This document shows positions 7,452 through 19,123 of a stretch of 22,311 bases of DNA, in pieces; position 1 is the first letter of the stretch, and the number at the start of each line of letters is the position of its first letter. A model generated the notes under the pieces. That model was not told the origin of the DNA and made no database searches. It saw nothing but the letters and a program-made list of their open reading frames with translations. The stretch spans positions 1-22,311 of the forward strand of contig JBFGLM010000067.1 of assembly GCA_041576165.1 (NCBI GenBank). The letters run 5' to 3'. Made by a program: the position numbers and the translations under genes. This stretch comes from Acidimicrobiia bacterium (lineage in GTDB: Bacteria; Actinomycetota; Acidimicrobiia; Spongiisociales; Spongiisociaceae).

Positions 7452-8630
7452 ATGTATTACGTGGACCATGCCGCAACGACGCCGATGCGCCCAGGCGTGT
7501 GGGAGTCGATGGAGCCGTTCGTCGCCGAGGCGTTCGGCAACTCATCTGGCAGCCATTCGGTATCGCGTCGCGCCAAGAACGCCTTGGAGGAGGCCCGGGA
7601 ACGGGCAGCCGTCGTCCTGGGAGCCAAGCCGCTCGAGATTGTGTTCACCGGAGGCGGCACCGAAGCGGACAATCTGGCAGTCAAGGGGTCGGCGCTGGCG
7701 TCCGGACGGAAGGGCAGGGTGATCACATCGCCGACGGAGCATGAGGCGGTGCTCGAGTCGGCCGCCTTTTTGAAAACGGTCGGGTGCGGCGTTGCCGAGA
7801 TCGAAGTCGACGGCTTCGGCCGGGCGGATCCCGAGCGCGTCGCAGCATTGGTCGATGATGCCACTGCGGTCGTCTCGATCATGACTGCCAACAACGAAAC
7901 CGGAGTGATGCAGCCGGTCGCTTCTGTCGCCCGCTCGGTCAAGGCAGCGCATTCCGAGGTCGCCGTCCACACCGACGCCGTCCAGGCCTTCGCCTCGGTC
8001 GACCTCGACGTCGATCAGCTGGGCGTGGATCTGCTGGCACTGGCCGGCCACAAGTTCGGCGGTCCCAAAGGCGTTGGCTTGCTGTATGTCCGGAACGGGA
8101 CGCCGTTGGAGGCCGTCGTGCACGGCGGCGGGCAGGAGCTGGGCCGCCGGTCGGGCACCCACAACGTCATGGGAGCGGTTGGATTGGTGACAGCGATGGA
8201 ACTGGCAGCCGAGGACCGACCCAGCTTTCGCACGCGGGTCGCCCGCGAGCGTGACGCGTTCGAGCTCCGCCTCACCGAGCTGCTGGGTGACGTTGTGTCC
8301 ACCGTGGGCGCAGCGGAGCGACTGGTGCAGCACAGCCACGTGCGGATCCCGGGCGTGCGGAATGAGACGCTGCTCGTCCGGCTGGATGCGGCCGGGGTAG
8401 CAGCGTCAGCGGCGTCCGCCTGTCAGTCGGGCGCGGCCACGGTTTCCCACGTCCTCGAGGCCATGGGCTACACGCCGGACGAGGCGCGAGAGTGCCTGCG
8501 GTTCTCGTTCGGCTGGACGACCCGGCCGGGGGAAGGGGCGGCAGTGGCCGAGCTGGTGGCAGCTGAGGTGGCAGAGCTGCGGGAGGGCCGTCGGTCTGCC
8601 GGCTTGGGCGCATCCGGGGATCCGGCATGA
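7452..8630 (+). CDS. iscS: Cysteine desulfurase (IscS/NifS group I)
   Basis: YVDHAATT, FTGGGTEADN, ANNETG, HTDAVQ, GHKFGGPKG (PLP Lys), GGGQE..RRSGT, SAASAC (catalytic Cys); ATGA overlap with mnmA. Confidence 0.93.
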   Translation: MYYVDHAATTPMRPGVWESMEPFVAEAFGNSSGSHSVSRRAKNALEEARERAAVVLGAKPLEIVFTGGGTEADNLAVKGSALASGRKGRVITSPTEHEAVLESAAFLKTVGCGVAEIEVDGFGRADPERVAALVDDATAVVSIMTANNETGVMQPVASVARSVKAAHSEVAVHTDAVQAFASVDLDVDQLGVDLLALAGHKFGGPKGVGLLYVRNGTPLEAVVHGGGQELGRRSGTHNVMGAVGLVTAMELAAEDRPSFRTRVARERDAFELRLTELLGDVVSTVGAAERLVQHSHVRIPGVRNETLLVRLDAAGVAASAASACQSGAATVSHVLEAMGYTPDEARECLRFSFGWTTRPGEGAAVAELVAAEVAELREGRRSAGLGASGDPA

Positions 8631-9691
8631 GCAGCGTGCTGGTAGCGATGTCTGGGGGAGTCGATTCATCGGTCGCTGCCGCCCTCATGAAGGAACAGGG
8701 CCACAATGTGATTGGGGTGACGCTGAAGCTGTGGGAGGGCCCGGGCGGTGCTGCCCCGACCGCCGGGTGTTGCACAGTCTCCGACGCCGAAGACGCTCGC
8801 CGGGTGGCGGCGCAGCTCGACATCCCCTACTACGTGTTGGATCACACAGACGTCTTCATGGACGGCGTCGTTGACCGGTTCATCGACGACTACGTGAGCG
8901 GGATGACCCCTAACCCATGCATCGAATGTAACCGGACGGTGAAGTTCACCGAACTCATGACCCGGGCCGCTGATTTCGCGTGCCAGGTCGTCGTCACCGG
9001 CCACTACGCCCGGGTCCGCCAGGAGCGGGAATCGTGGCGACTGTTCCGCGGAGTCGACCGCGCCAAGGACCAGTCGTACGTGTTGAGCATGCTGGGCCAG
9101 GCCCAACTCGGCCGGATCTGGTTCCCGGTTGGCGAGCTGACGAAGGCCGAAGTGCGCCGAATCGCCGCCGGTCTCGATCTACGCACCGCGGCCAAATCCG
9201 AAAGCCAAGACATCTGTTTCGTCGGCGATCGCGACTACCGCGAGTTTCTGGCCGAGCATGCTCCCGACCTCGGTACGCCGGGGCCGATCGTGGACCGCGA
9301 ACGCAGGGTGGTGGGCACGCATAGCGGGGTCACCAACTTCACGGTCGGGCAGCGACGGGGACTCGGTATTGCGTTTGGGGAGCCCCGTTTTGTGACCGGG
9401 ATCGATCCGGCCACGGCCACGATCACCATCGGACGCCGCTCCGACCTCGAGGTGGAGCGGTTGGAGCTACGCGATGTGACCTGGGTAGCGCGCCCGGTGG
9501 CGGAGGGGGAACCGGTCACGGTCCAGTATCGGGCCCACGGAGCCGCAGCCGCCGCTCGGGTCCGATTTGATGGATCTGGTGTCACGGTCAGCTTCGAACA
9601 GCCGCAACTGGCGGTTGCGCCGGGCCAGACCGCCGCCATCTACGTCGGAGACGAGGTGCTGGGCGGGGGCATCATCACCGGAAGCGCCTAG
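8627..9691 (+). CDS. mnmA: tRNA 2-thiouridine(34) synthase MnmA
   Basis: AMSGGVDSSV PP-loop, TPNPCIECN, TGHYAR, KDQSY, SQDICF, TVGQRRGLG, APGQ. Confidence 0.97.
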   Translation: MSSVLVAMSGGVDSSVAAALMKEQGHNVIGVTLKLWEGPGGAAPTAGCCTVSDAEDARRVAAQLDIPYYVLDHTDVFMDGVVDRFIDDYVSGMTPNPCIECNRTVKFTELMTRAADFACQVVVTGHYARVRQERESWRLFRGVDRAKDQSYVLSMLGQAQLGRIWFPVGELTKAEVRRIAAGLDLRTAAKSESQDICFVGDRDYREFLAEHAPDLGTPGPIVDRERRVVGTHSGVTNFTVGQRRGLGIAFGEPRFVTGIDPATATITIGRRSDLEVERLELRDVTWVARPVAEGEPVTVQYRAHGAAAAARVRFDGSGVTVSFEQPQLAVAPGQTAAIYVGDEVLGGGIITGSA

Positions 9692-9737
9692 AGGTTTGAC
9701 CGGCTCCCATCGTGGGTACGCTGGCGCAAAACCTCCC

Positions 9738-9766
9738 TTGACAGCTGCACGTCTTATCACTATATC
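9738..9766 (+). promoter_or_regulatory. Housekeeping-sigma promoter of hsp20
   Basis: TTGACA (9738-9743)-17 nt-TATATC (9761-9766) in an AT-rich patch; the -10 is imperfect. Confidence 0.6.
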
Positions 9767-9785
9767 TGAGTGTATATGACTCAGA
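9765..9785. promoter_or_regulatory. HAIR-like operator (HspR-type inverted repeat)
   Basis: TCTGAGT-gtatatg-ACTCAGA versus canonical CTTGAGT-N7-ACTCAAG; overlaps the predicted transcription start upstream of a small heat-shock gene. Confidence 0.75.
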
Positions 9786-9846
9786 AAAGTGTAGCTGGCA
9801 GTCACCTGCTACGTATCTGGATGGTCACAGAGAAAGGAGGGCACGG

Positions 9847-10266
9847 ATGATGCGTGTTGCTAACCCGCTGGCAGAGATGGATCGTCTCACGGCTTCCCTT
9901 TTCGGAGGCATGAGCGGCGCATTGATGCCCATGGACCTGTACGAGAGTGACGGAACCTTCATCGCTCGTTTCGACCTGCCCGGGATTGACCCGGACTCGA
10001 TCGAGCTCACCGTTGAGAATCAGATGCTGACCGTGACCGTCGAGCGGCCGGGCGAGGACACTGAAGGAGCCAACTGGTTGGTTCGCGAGCGGCCCGCCGG
10101 CAAGCACAGCCGTCAGCTGCGGCTGGGCTCGAGCCTCGACGGCGGCGCGATCGAAGCCAACTACGACAACGGCGTCTTGACCGTGATCATCCCGGTTCGG
10201 GAAGAGGCCAAGCCGCATCGGGTATCGATCAAGTCCAGCCAGAAAGAACCGGCGCTGACCGGCTGA
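9847..10266 (+). CDS. Hsp20/alpha-crystallin small heat shock protein
   Basis: MPMDLY, FDLPGIDP, LTVTVER, RERP.G..SRQL.LG, IEANYDNGVLTVIIP; RBS AGAAAGGAGG. Confidence 0.95.
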   Translation: MMRVANPLAEMDRLTASLFGGMSGALMPMDLYESDGTFIARFDLPGIDPDSIELTVENQMLTVTVERPGEDTEGANWLVRERPAGKHSRQLRLGSSLDGGAIEANYDNGVLTVIIPVREEAKPHRVSIKSSQKEPALTG

Positions 10267-10326
10267 GCGGTTGGCGGCGTACTGCCGCCTAGCCCCGTGC
10301 CGTCCCCGAGGACCGGGCTCAGTTTG
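10263..10326 (+). terminator. Branched stem-loop after hsp20 (possible terminator or stabiliser)
   Basis: ctgagc...gctcag closes two inner hairpins (ggcggc/gccgcc and gtcc/ggac), followed by TTTG. Confidence 0.4.
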
Positions 10327-10371
10327 TGCGCTGGCCCTCTCGGGGGCGGCACGACGTGAGAGGTTTCTCCG

Positions 10372-11484
<1,113 letters not shown>

Positions 11485-11523
11485 CAAGGAACGAGCGAAA
11501 CGGAATCAGAGGAGATAACGCAG

Positions 11524-12702
11524 ATGCGACGACTCAGTACTCGCAGCGTCGTTTTTGTGTTGGCGCTGCTCATGGCCCTGTCCGTTCCCGCCTGGGCGAC
11601 AGCCCAGGTGGCAGACGCACCGGTCCAGGCATCCGATGTAGAGGTGTCCACGCCATTCGTCGGTGTCACGGTCAAGCCCGGCGAGACAGCGAGCTTCGAC
11701 TTGGACATCCTCGGGCCCGTGGACGAGCGGGTGAGCGTGAAGATCGAAGGTCTCCCAGAAGGATGGGCGGCCGACCTTCGCGGCGGCGGCTTCACCGTCG
11801 AAGAGATCCTGATCCCGCCCGCGGGCATGGTGGAGACCGAACTCAAGATAGATGTTCCGGTGGCGGCCGCTGAAGGTATCTACCAGGCAGTGGTGATGGC
11901 AGACGGGAACCGCATGACCGACCGGCTCGACCTAGCCGTACGGGTGGCGGCCGATGCCGGCGGCGGCGTTGCGCTGACCGCGGAATTCCCCGAATTGCGC
12001 GGTCCCGCAGATGTGACCTTCACCTACAACCTGGAGCTCGCCAACGAGACGTCGGAGGAGATCCAGTTCGGGCTCCAGACCCAGGGTCCTCCCGGCTGGA
12101 TCATCGAAGCCCGCCCCGCAGGTCAAACTCGTGCGTCCACTGTGACGGTGGCCGGCGGCGAAACCGAGCGACTGACCGTGGAGGTCGATCCGCCGGACTT
12201 CGCGACCGCCGGGACTTACCCAGTTGCGGTGCAGGCTGCCGGTAGCGGCCAGACGGCTGGCGCCGAGCTGGCTGTTGAGATCACTGGGAACTTCGACATG
12301 GCCCTGTTCACGGCGGATGAGCGCCTCAATGCCACCGTAGAAGCCGGCCAACCCAGCGAGCTGCCGCTGGTGGTGGCCAACCGTGGTACCGCGCCGTTGA
12401 CTGATCTGAGCTTCGGAGCCACCCCGCCCTCCGGATGGGAGGTGACGTTCGCTCCGGAATCGGTCGACCGGCTCGAACCCGGTTCGACGGCCGAGGTGGT
12501 GGCCACGATCACCCCATCTGAGGAAGCGATTGCGGGTGACTACAGCATGACGTTGCGAGCCAACACGGCCGAAGTGAACCAGCAGGTCGACATCCGGACG
12601 ACCGTGGAAACCTCAACGCTGTGGGGCCTATTCGGCGTTGGCATCATCCTGGCTGCGCTGGTCGCACTGGTGCTGGTCTTCCGCCGCTTCGGCCGGAGGT
12701 GA
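11524..12702 (+). CDS. NEW3/COG1470-type repeated Ig-like surface protein with a C-terminal membrane anchor
   Basis: Signal peptide; three repeats (GLPEGW, GPPGW, PPSGWEVTF.P); N.GTAPL; AIAGDY; C-terminal TM helix then RRFGRR; RBS GAGGAG. Confidence 0.85.
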   Translation: MRRLSTRSVVFVLALLMALSVPAWATAQVADAPVQASDVEVSTPFVGVTVKPGETASFDLDILGPVDERVSVKIEGLPEGWAADLRGGGFTVEEILIPPAGMVETELKIDVPVAAAEGIYQAVVMADGNRMTDRLDLAVRVAADAGGGVALTAEFPELRGPADVTFTYNLELANETSEEIQFGLQTQGPPGWIIEARPAGQTRASTVTVAGGETERLTVEVDPPDFATAGTYPVAVQAAGSGQTAGAELAVEITGNFDMALFTADERLNATVEAGQPSELPLVVANRGTAPLTDLSFGATPPSGWEVTFAPESVDRLEPGSTAEVVATITPSEEAIAGDYSMTLRANTAEVNQQVDIRTTVETSTLWGLFGVGIILAALVALVLVFRRFGRR

Positions 12703-12706
12703 ACCC

Positions 12707-13672
12707 ATGCCGGACACTGCAACGACATTGATCGAAGCCGCCGGCCTCACCAAGCGCTACGGCGACGTGGAGGCCGTCCGCGACCTCGATCTGACCGTCC
12801 GGGCCGGAGAGGTGTTCGGCCTCCTTGGCCCGAACGGCGCGGGCAAGACGACCACGATCCTCATGCTGCTGGGGCTCAGCGAGCCCTCCGCCGGCGTGGT
12901 GCGGGTATGTGGACTTGATCCCGCCCGAGACCCGCTGGCGGTCAAGCGTCAGGTCGGCTACCTGCCCGACGCGGTCGGGTTCTACGAGCAACTCACCGGC
13001 CGCCAGAATCTGCGGTACACCGCCGAGCTGAATGAGATCCCTCCAAGCGAAGTGGCGGAGCGGATCGAATGGACACTGGAACAGGTAGGCCTGACGGCCG
13101 ATGCCGACCGCCTGGTGGGCGAGTACTCCCGGGGTATGCGACAGCGGCTGGGTATCGCCGATGTCCTGATCAAAGATCCGGCAGTGGTGATCTTGGACGA
13201 GCCGACCTCTGCCATCGACCCTGAGGGTGTTGCGGCCATGCAGCGGCTGATCGTCCGGCTCGCCCGCGACGAAGGCCGGGCCGTGTTGCTGTCCAGCCAC
13301 CTGCTGCATCAGATGCAGCGGATCTGCGACCGGGTGGCGATCTTCGTCGGCGGCCAGGTGATCGCGCTAGGAAGCCCGTTTGAGCTCGGACAGGCGCTGT
13401 CCAACGGCCGGACCGTCCACGAGATCACGGCCGATGCCCAGCACCACGAGGTCATGGCCGCGCTGGCCAACGGCTTTGGGGACAGGGTCGTCGATGTGGA
13501 GCAGATGATGCCCGGAAGGTGGCGGGTCAGCCTGCCGGCAGACGAAAGCCGGCGGCTCGTACGGGTGCTGGTCGACGGGGATGTCGAGTTGCGCGAGGTG
13601 CGCGACCTGGGTTCGGACCTGGATCAGGTGTATCACCGCTACTTCGACGAGCGTCAGGGGGTGGCGGTATGA
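12707..13672 (+). CDS. ABC transporter ATP-binding protein (CcmA/ABC-2 type)
   Basis: Walker A GPNGAGKT, signature YSRGMRQR, Walker B ILDEP, H-loop SSHLL; RBS GGAGGT before ATG 12707. Confidence 0.95.
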   Translation: MPDTATTLIEAAGLTKRYGDVEAVRDLDLTVRAGEVFGLLGPNGAGKTTTILMLLGLSEPSAGVVRVCGLDPARDPLAVKRQVGYLPDAVGFYEQLTGRQNLRYTAELNEIPPSEVAERIEWTLEQVGLTADADRLVGEYSRGMRQRLGIADVLIKDPAVVILDEPTSAIDPEGVAAMQRLIVRLARDEGRAVLLSSHLLHQMQRICDRVAIFVGGQVIALGSPFELGQALSNGRTVHEITADAQHHEVMAALANGFGDRVVDVEQMMPGRWRVSLPADESRRLVRVLVDGDVELREVRDLGSDLDQVYHRYFDERQGVAV

Positions 13673-14649
13673 CCGTCACCGGACTGCGCACCGGCTGGAC
13701 CAGGCGCAAGCCGGGCTGGGCCGTCATCGCCCGCAAGGAGTTTGCCGACCACATCCTGTCCATTCGCTTCGTGGCGCTGTTGATCTTGCTCAGCCTGGTG
13801 GCGCTGTCGACCGTGTATACGGCGGCGGGCGCGCTGCGCGACGTTGCCCAGAACGCGTCCGGTTCGGCCGGCTTGTTCCTGCGGTTGTTCACCGTGCAGG
13901 CCGAGCCGATCCCCCTGTCGTTCATGACGTTCCTGGGGTTCCTGGCTCCGATTCTCGGTATAGCGTTCGGCTTCGACGCCATCAACAACGAGCGGGCCCA
14001 GGGCACCCTGTCCAGGCTGGTCAGCCAGCCGATCCACCGCGACGACGTCATCAACGGAAAGGTCGTAGCCGGCCTGGGTGTGGTCGGGCTGCTCGCAGCC
14101 ATCATCACCTCGATCGTGGCCGGACTCGGGATCGTGTTGCTGGGCATCACTCCCGAGGCCGGAGAGGTGGCAAGAATCGCCGTGTGGATGATCGCGCTGG
14201 TCGCCTTCGTGGGCGTGTGGTTGGCGTTTGCCGTGCTGTGCTCGACCGCAATGCGCCGGCCTTCGACTGCGGCGCTGGTCGCCATCGGGGTGTGGCTGGT
14301 ACTGACGCTCTTCGGCGGGTTGCTGGCGCAGGTGACGGCCGATGCGTTGGCGCCGGTGGATGCCGGCGACCCAGTCAGCATCCTGGACAACGCCCGCCTT
14401 GAACAGTCCCTGTCCCGCGTGTCGCCGATCGTGCTGTACGAAGAGGCAGCGACGGCGCTGCTCAATCCAGAGACTCGGACCCTGGGCTTGGTCACATTCG
14501 GCCAGATCGACCGGGCTCTGGTGTCCGACCTGAGTCTCCAGCAGAGCCTGCTCCTCGTGTGGCCGCAACTCGTCGGCTTGATCGCTACGACCATCGTGAT
14601 CTTCGCGATCGCCTACGTGGTGTTCATGCGGCAGGAAGTCCGCGCCTGA
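13669..14649 (+). CDS. ABC-2 type permease (NosY-like)
   Basis: IARKEF.D, GFDAINNERAQGTL.RL.SQPI.R..VI.GK, about 6 TM helices, C-terminal FMRQEVRA; ATGA overlap with the ATPase. Confidence 0.9.
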   Translation: MTVTGLRTGWTRRKPGWAVIARKEFADHILSIRFVALLILLSLVALSTVYTAAGALRDVAQNASGSAGLFLRLFTVQAEPIPLSFMTFLGFLAPILGIAFGFDAINNERAQGTLSRLVSQPIHRDDVINGKVVAGLGVVGLLAAIITSIVAGLGIVLLGITPEAGEVARIAVWMIALVAFVGVWLAFAVLCSTAMRRPSTAALVAIGVWLVLTLFGGLLAQVTADALAPVDAGDPVSILDNARLEQSLSRVSPIVLYEEAATALLNPETRTLGLVTFGQIDRALVSDLSLQQSLLLVWPQLVGLIATTIVIFAIAYVVFMRQEVRA

Positions 14650-14665
14650 AACGGTGGTGGAGGAA

Positions 14666-14698
14666 GCAGCGGGCCGTCCCGCGTGGGCGGCCCGCTGC
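14666..14698. terminator. Bidirectional hairpin terminator between convergent genes
   Basis: gcagcgggccgtcc-cgcgt-gggcggcccgctgc, 14-bp stem with one G-U pair. Confidence 0.75.
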
Positions 14699-14700
14699 CG

Positions 14701-15786
14701 TCAGTTCGCCGTTACCGGTTCCGCATCTTCGGTCACGTTGTTAGTGAACGTGGTCGCGTCGTTATCGATTGCGACCGATCCGTAGAAGCCCGTCCCGGCG
14801 AAGAATATGTTGTCACCGACTGTTACGTCCGTCATGGGGTAGTCGGTCCCGGCCACGATCGAGAAAAGCGTGTACGCGCCACCGGCCATGGCGTTCTCCG
14901 ACACCGTCACTGCGGCGATGTCGCCCAAATCCGGTTTGATGATGATGGCAGCGTTTGCTCCGTCCACGCTGGAATCGATGAAGTTGCAGCGGATGCTCAA
15001 CCCGAAGTTGCCTCCTTGCAACTGCAATCCGTCGGCGTGGCGAGCTGCGCCGGACGACAGCTTGGCTCCGGTGGCCAGGTCGTGGATCCAGTTGGCCTCG
15101 ATCAAGTGCCCGGTCCCGCCGGGTTTGAAGCCGTCCTCGCCTCCCGAGATGTCGTTGTTGCGGATGGTCCAATTGCTGGACTCGGTCCGCAAGAAGATCG
15201 TCGCGGCCTCCCCGCCCCGGAATCGGTTGTATTCGAGCAGGCCGCCATCACCGTGTCCGTCGAGCACGTACCAACTGTCCGCGGTGAGTTCCCGGTTGAT
15301 CTCGGAGTCCCGCATCGTGAGCGTGGCCCCCTCCTCCATGAAGATCCAGGCATTGTCGGCCGCGACCCGTTCGATCACGACCGACGCGCCGCGCTCAACG
15401 CGAATCATCACGTCGCCCGTGATATCGAAGTCAGTGAGCTGCGCGCCGTCCGCGAGGATCACCTCGCGCTCGCGGAGGCGAACCCCATCCGGGGCGTTCT
15501 CCGATCGCAGAAGCCCGCCGGTGCCGGGCTGCATCCGGGGCCCGGCATTGGCCGGGATAGCGTCAATCGGCATGCCACATACTCGAGGCATCGGCCGCGC
15601 CGGATTTGCCGCCGAGGTGGGTGCCGTACGTTGTTCGACTTCCACAAACGTCGCCACCGCCGCGGTCGAGCTCGCTGCCGGGGCCCGGGCGGAGGTTGTA
15701 GCCGTGGGGGCCGCCTCCGGTTCGGCCTGGGCGCACGCAGCGACGACGACCAGCCACAACACCAGCGTCCGGGTGAGGTTCCGCAA
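14701..15786 (-). CDS. Lipoprotein with right-handed parallel beta-helix domain
   Basis: Lipobox VAA-C after a hydrophobic stretch; Ala/Thr/Pro linker; Asn-ladder repeats (IRNNDISGGEDG, IEANWIHD, HADGLQ..GG, VTVSENAMAGGAY, VTVGDNIF). Start uncertain: TTG 15786 chosen, ORF open to 15990. Confidence 0.7.
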   Translation of the reverse strand: MRNLTRTLVLWLVVVAACAQAEPEAAPTATTSARAPAASSTAAVATFVEVEQRTAPTSAANPARPMPRVCGMPIDAIPANAGPRMQPGTGGLLRSENAPDGVRLREREVILADGAQLTDFDITGDVMIRVERGASVVIERVAADNAWIFMEEGATLTMRDSEINRELTADSWYVLDGHGDGGLLEYNRFRGGEAATIFLRTESSNWTIRNNDISGGEDGFKPGGTGHLIEANWIHDLATGAKLSSGAARHADGLQLQGGNFGLSIRCNFIDSSVDGANAAIIIKPDLGDIAAVTVSENAMAGGAYTLFSIVAGTDYPMTDVTVGDNIFFAGTGFYGSVAIDNDATTFTNNVTEDAEPVTAN

Positions 15787-15869
15787 TCGTCTGGCGCGCT
15801 GGCGTGGATGGTCCGGATGGGTGCGAGAGGGCCGAAGCTCTCCCGATCGCTGTTCGAAGGTTCTGCTGA

Positions 15870-18047
<2,178 letters not shown>

Positions 18048-18050
18048 TGT

Positions 18051-18602
18051 GTGCGAACGTGGGGGACGCTGGCATTGCTGATGACGGTGACCGGCACCGT
18101 CGCGTGCACCGGCGGCTCAGCCACGGACGGAGATATCGAGCTCCCGGCCGAGATGTTCGAGGCGCTGGACAGCCCGGTCCTGACCGGGGACGAGCAGCAG
18201 GCGATCCTCGCCGGCGACCAGCCGGGGCCTGCCTACAACTCGGATCCCCCGACGAGCGGACCGCACGCGGATGACTTTGCAGACTGCGGCGTCTACCGGG
18301 TGGAGATTCCGGACATCTACCAGGTCCACTCCCTCAAGCGGGGCACGGTCATCGTGCAGTACCGACCGACCTTGCAGGCGGCCTCCCGCCAGACGCTCGA
18401 GGACCTGACCCGGGCGCTCGGCCGCAACATAATCGTGGCGCCGCGAAGCGGACTGACCGCGCCGATCGTTCTGACGGCCTGGACCCGCCGGTTGGCACTC
18501 CCCGAAGCAGACGCCGATATGATCAGAGCCTTCCACGAGCAGTTCACAACGGACGCTCCCGACTACACGGACTGCCCGCTGACCGTGACGCTGGCCGAGT
18601 GA
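18051..18602 (+). CDS. DUF3105 domain lipoprotein
   Basis: Lipobox TVA-C; YNSDPPTSGPH, CGVY, VH.L..G.VIVQY, PIVLTAW. Confidence 0.8.
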   Translation: MRTWGTLALLMTVTGTVACTGGSATDGDIELPAEMFEALDSPVLTGDEQQAILAGDQPGPAYNSDPPTSGPHADDFADCGVYRVEIPDIYQVHSLKRGTVIVQYRPTLQAASRQTLEDLTRALGRNIIVAPRSGLTAPIVLTAWTRRLALPEADADMIRAFHEQFTTDAPDYTDCPLTVTLAE

Positions 18603-18604
18603 AG

Positions 18605-18624
18605 TCAACCCGCTAGCGGGCTGA
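18605..18624. terminator. Short hairpin between convergent genes
   Basis: cccgctagcggg perfect palindrome (18609-18620) with flanking tca/tga. Confidence 0.4.
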
Positions 18625-19029
18625 TCAGAACACCCGGAACGTCCATTCGTACTCGCCGACGTCGGGCAATCCGGTCACGGACGTCCACCGGACTCGTACG
18701 CGATGCTCGCCTCGATCCCATTCGACGAAAAGGCGGTCGATGCCAGGGCTCCACGAATACACCCCGGTCCCCTCGATGAACAGGACTTCTTGTTCTGGCA
18801 GCAGGATGTCGTCGACCCAGATCTGGATTTCGTACCCGATGTCCATGTCGACCTCGATCCGGGCCTGGCGCAACACCGTTTCCTGCGGAACCGGCGAAAT
18901 ACCCTCGATCGGAGGCGGGAGACCTATGTCGTCACCCTCCGGCGAGCCAAACATGAACGCAGCGGCTGCCACCAGTACGAGCGCGAGGGTCAGTGCGCCG
19001 TAGATCAGCCTGTACTTAGCCGGTGTCAC
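18625..19029 (-). CDS. Hypothetical membrane-anchored protein with a small beta-sandwich-like ectodomain
   Basis: GTG 19029 lies 7 nt after TAGACT; N-terminal TM helix; ISP...., GEHRVRVRW...YEWTFRV. Confidence 0.7.
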   Translation of the reverse strand: MTPAKYRLIYGALTLALVLVAAAAFMFGSPEGDDIGLPPPIEGISPVPQETVLRQARIEVDMDIGYEIQIWVDDILLPEQEVLFIEGTGVYSWSPGIDRLFVEWDRGEHRVRVRWTSVTGLPDVGEYEWTFRVF

Positions 19030-19123
19030 CGGCGGCAGTCTACGAGTGCTGTCGGCTACGGCGACACGGAGGGTCACCACCCCAGGCGACACCCGCGCCG
19101 GCGGCGTCGCTACCCTGCCCGGC

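Noticed and set aside
9656-9676. Similarity between the mnmA 3' end (ggcatcat) and 15974-15990 as possible att sites of the mnmA-ligA block
   Set aside because: Exact match is only about 8 nt; not significant
9791-9846. RNA thermometer in the hsp20 leader
   Set aside because: A small hairpin exists, but no ROSE or fourU anti-SD pairing with AGGAGG is evident
15853-15864. GTTC-N4-GTTC as an SOS box between the beta-helix gene and ligA
   Set aside because: Direct rather than inverted orientation; does not fit GAAC-N4-GTTC
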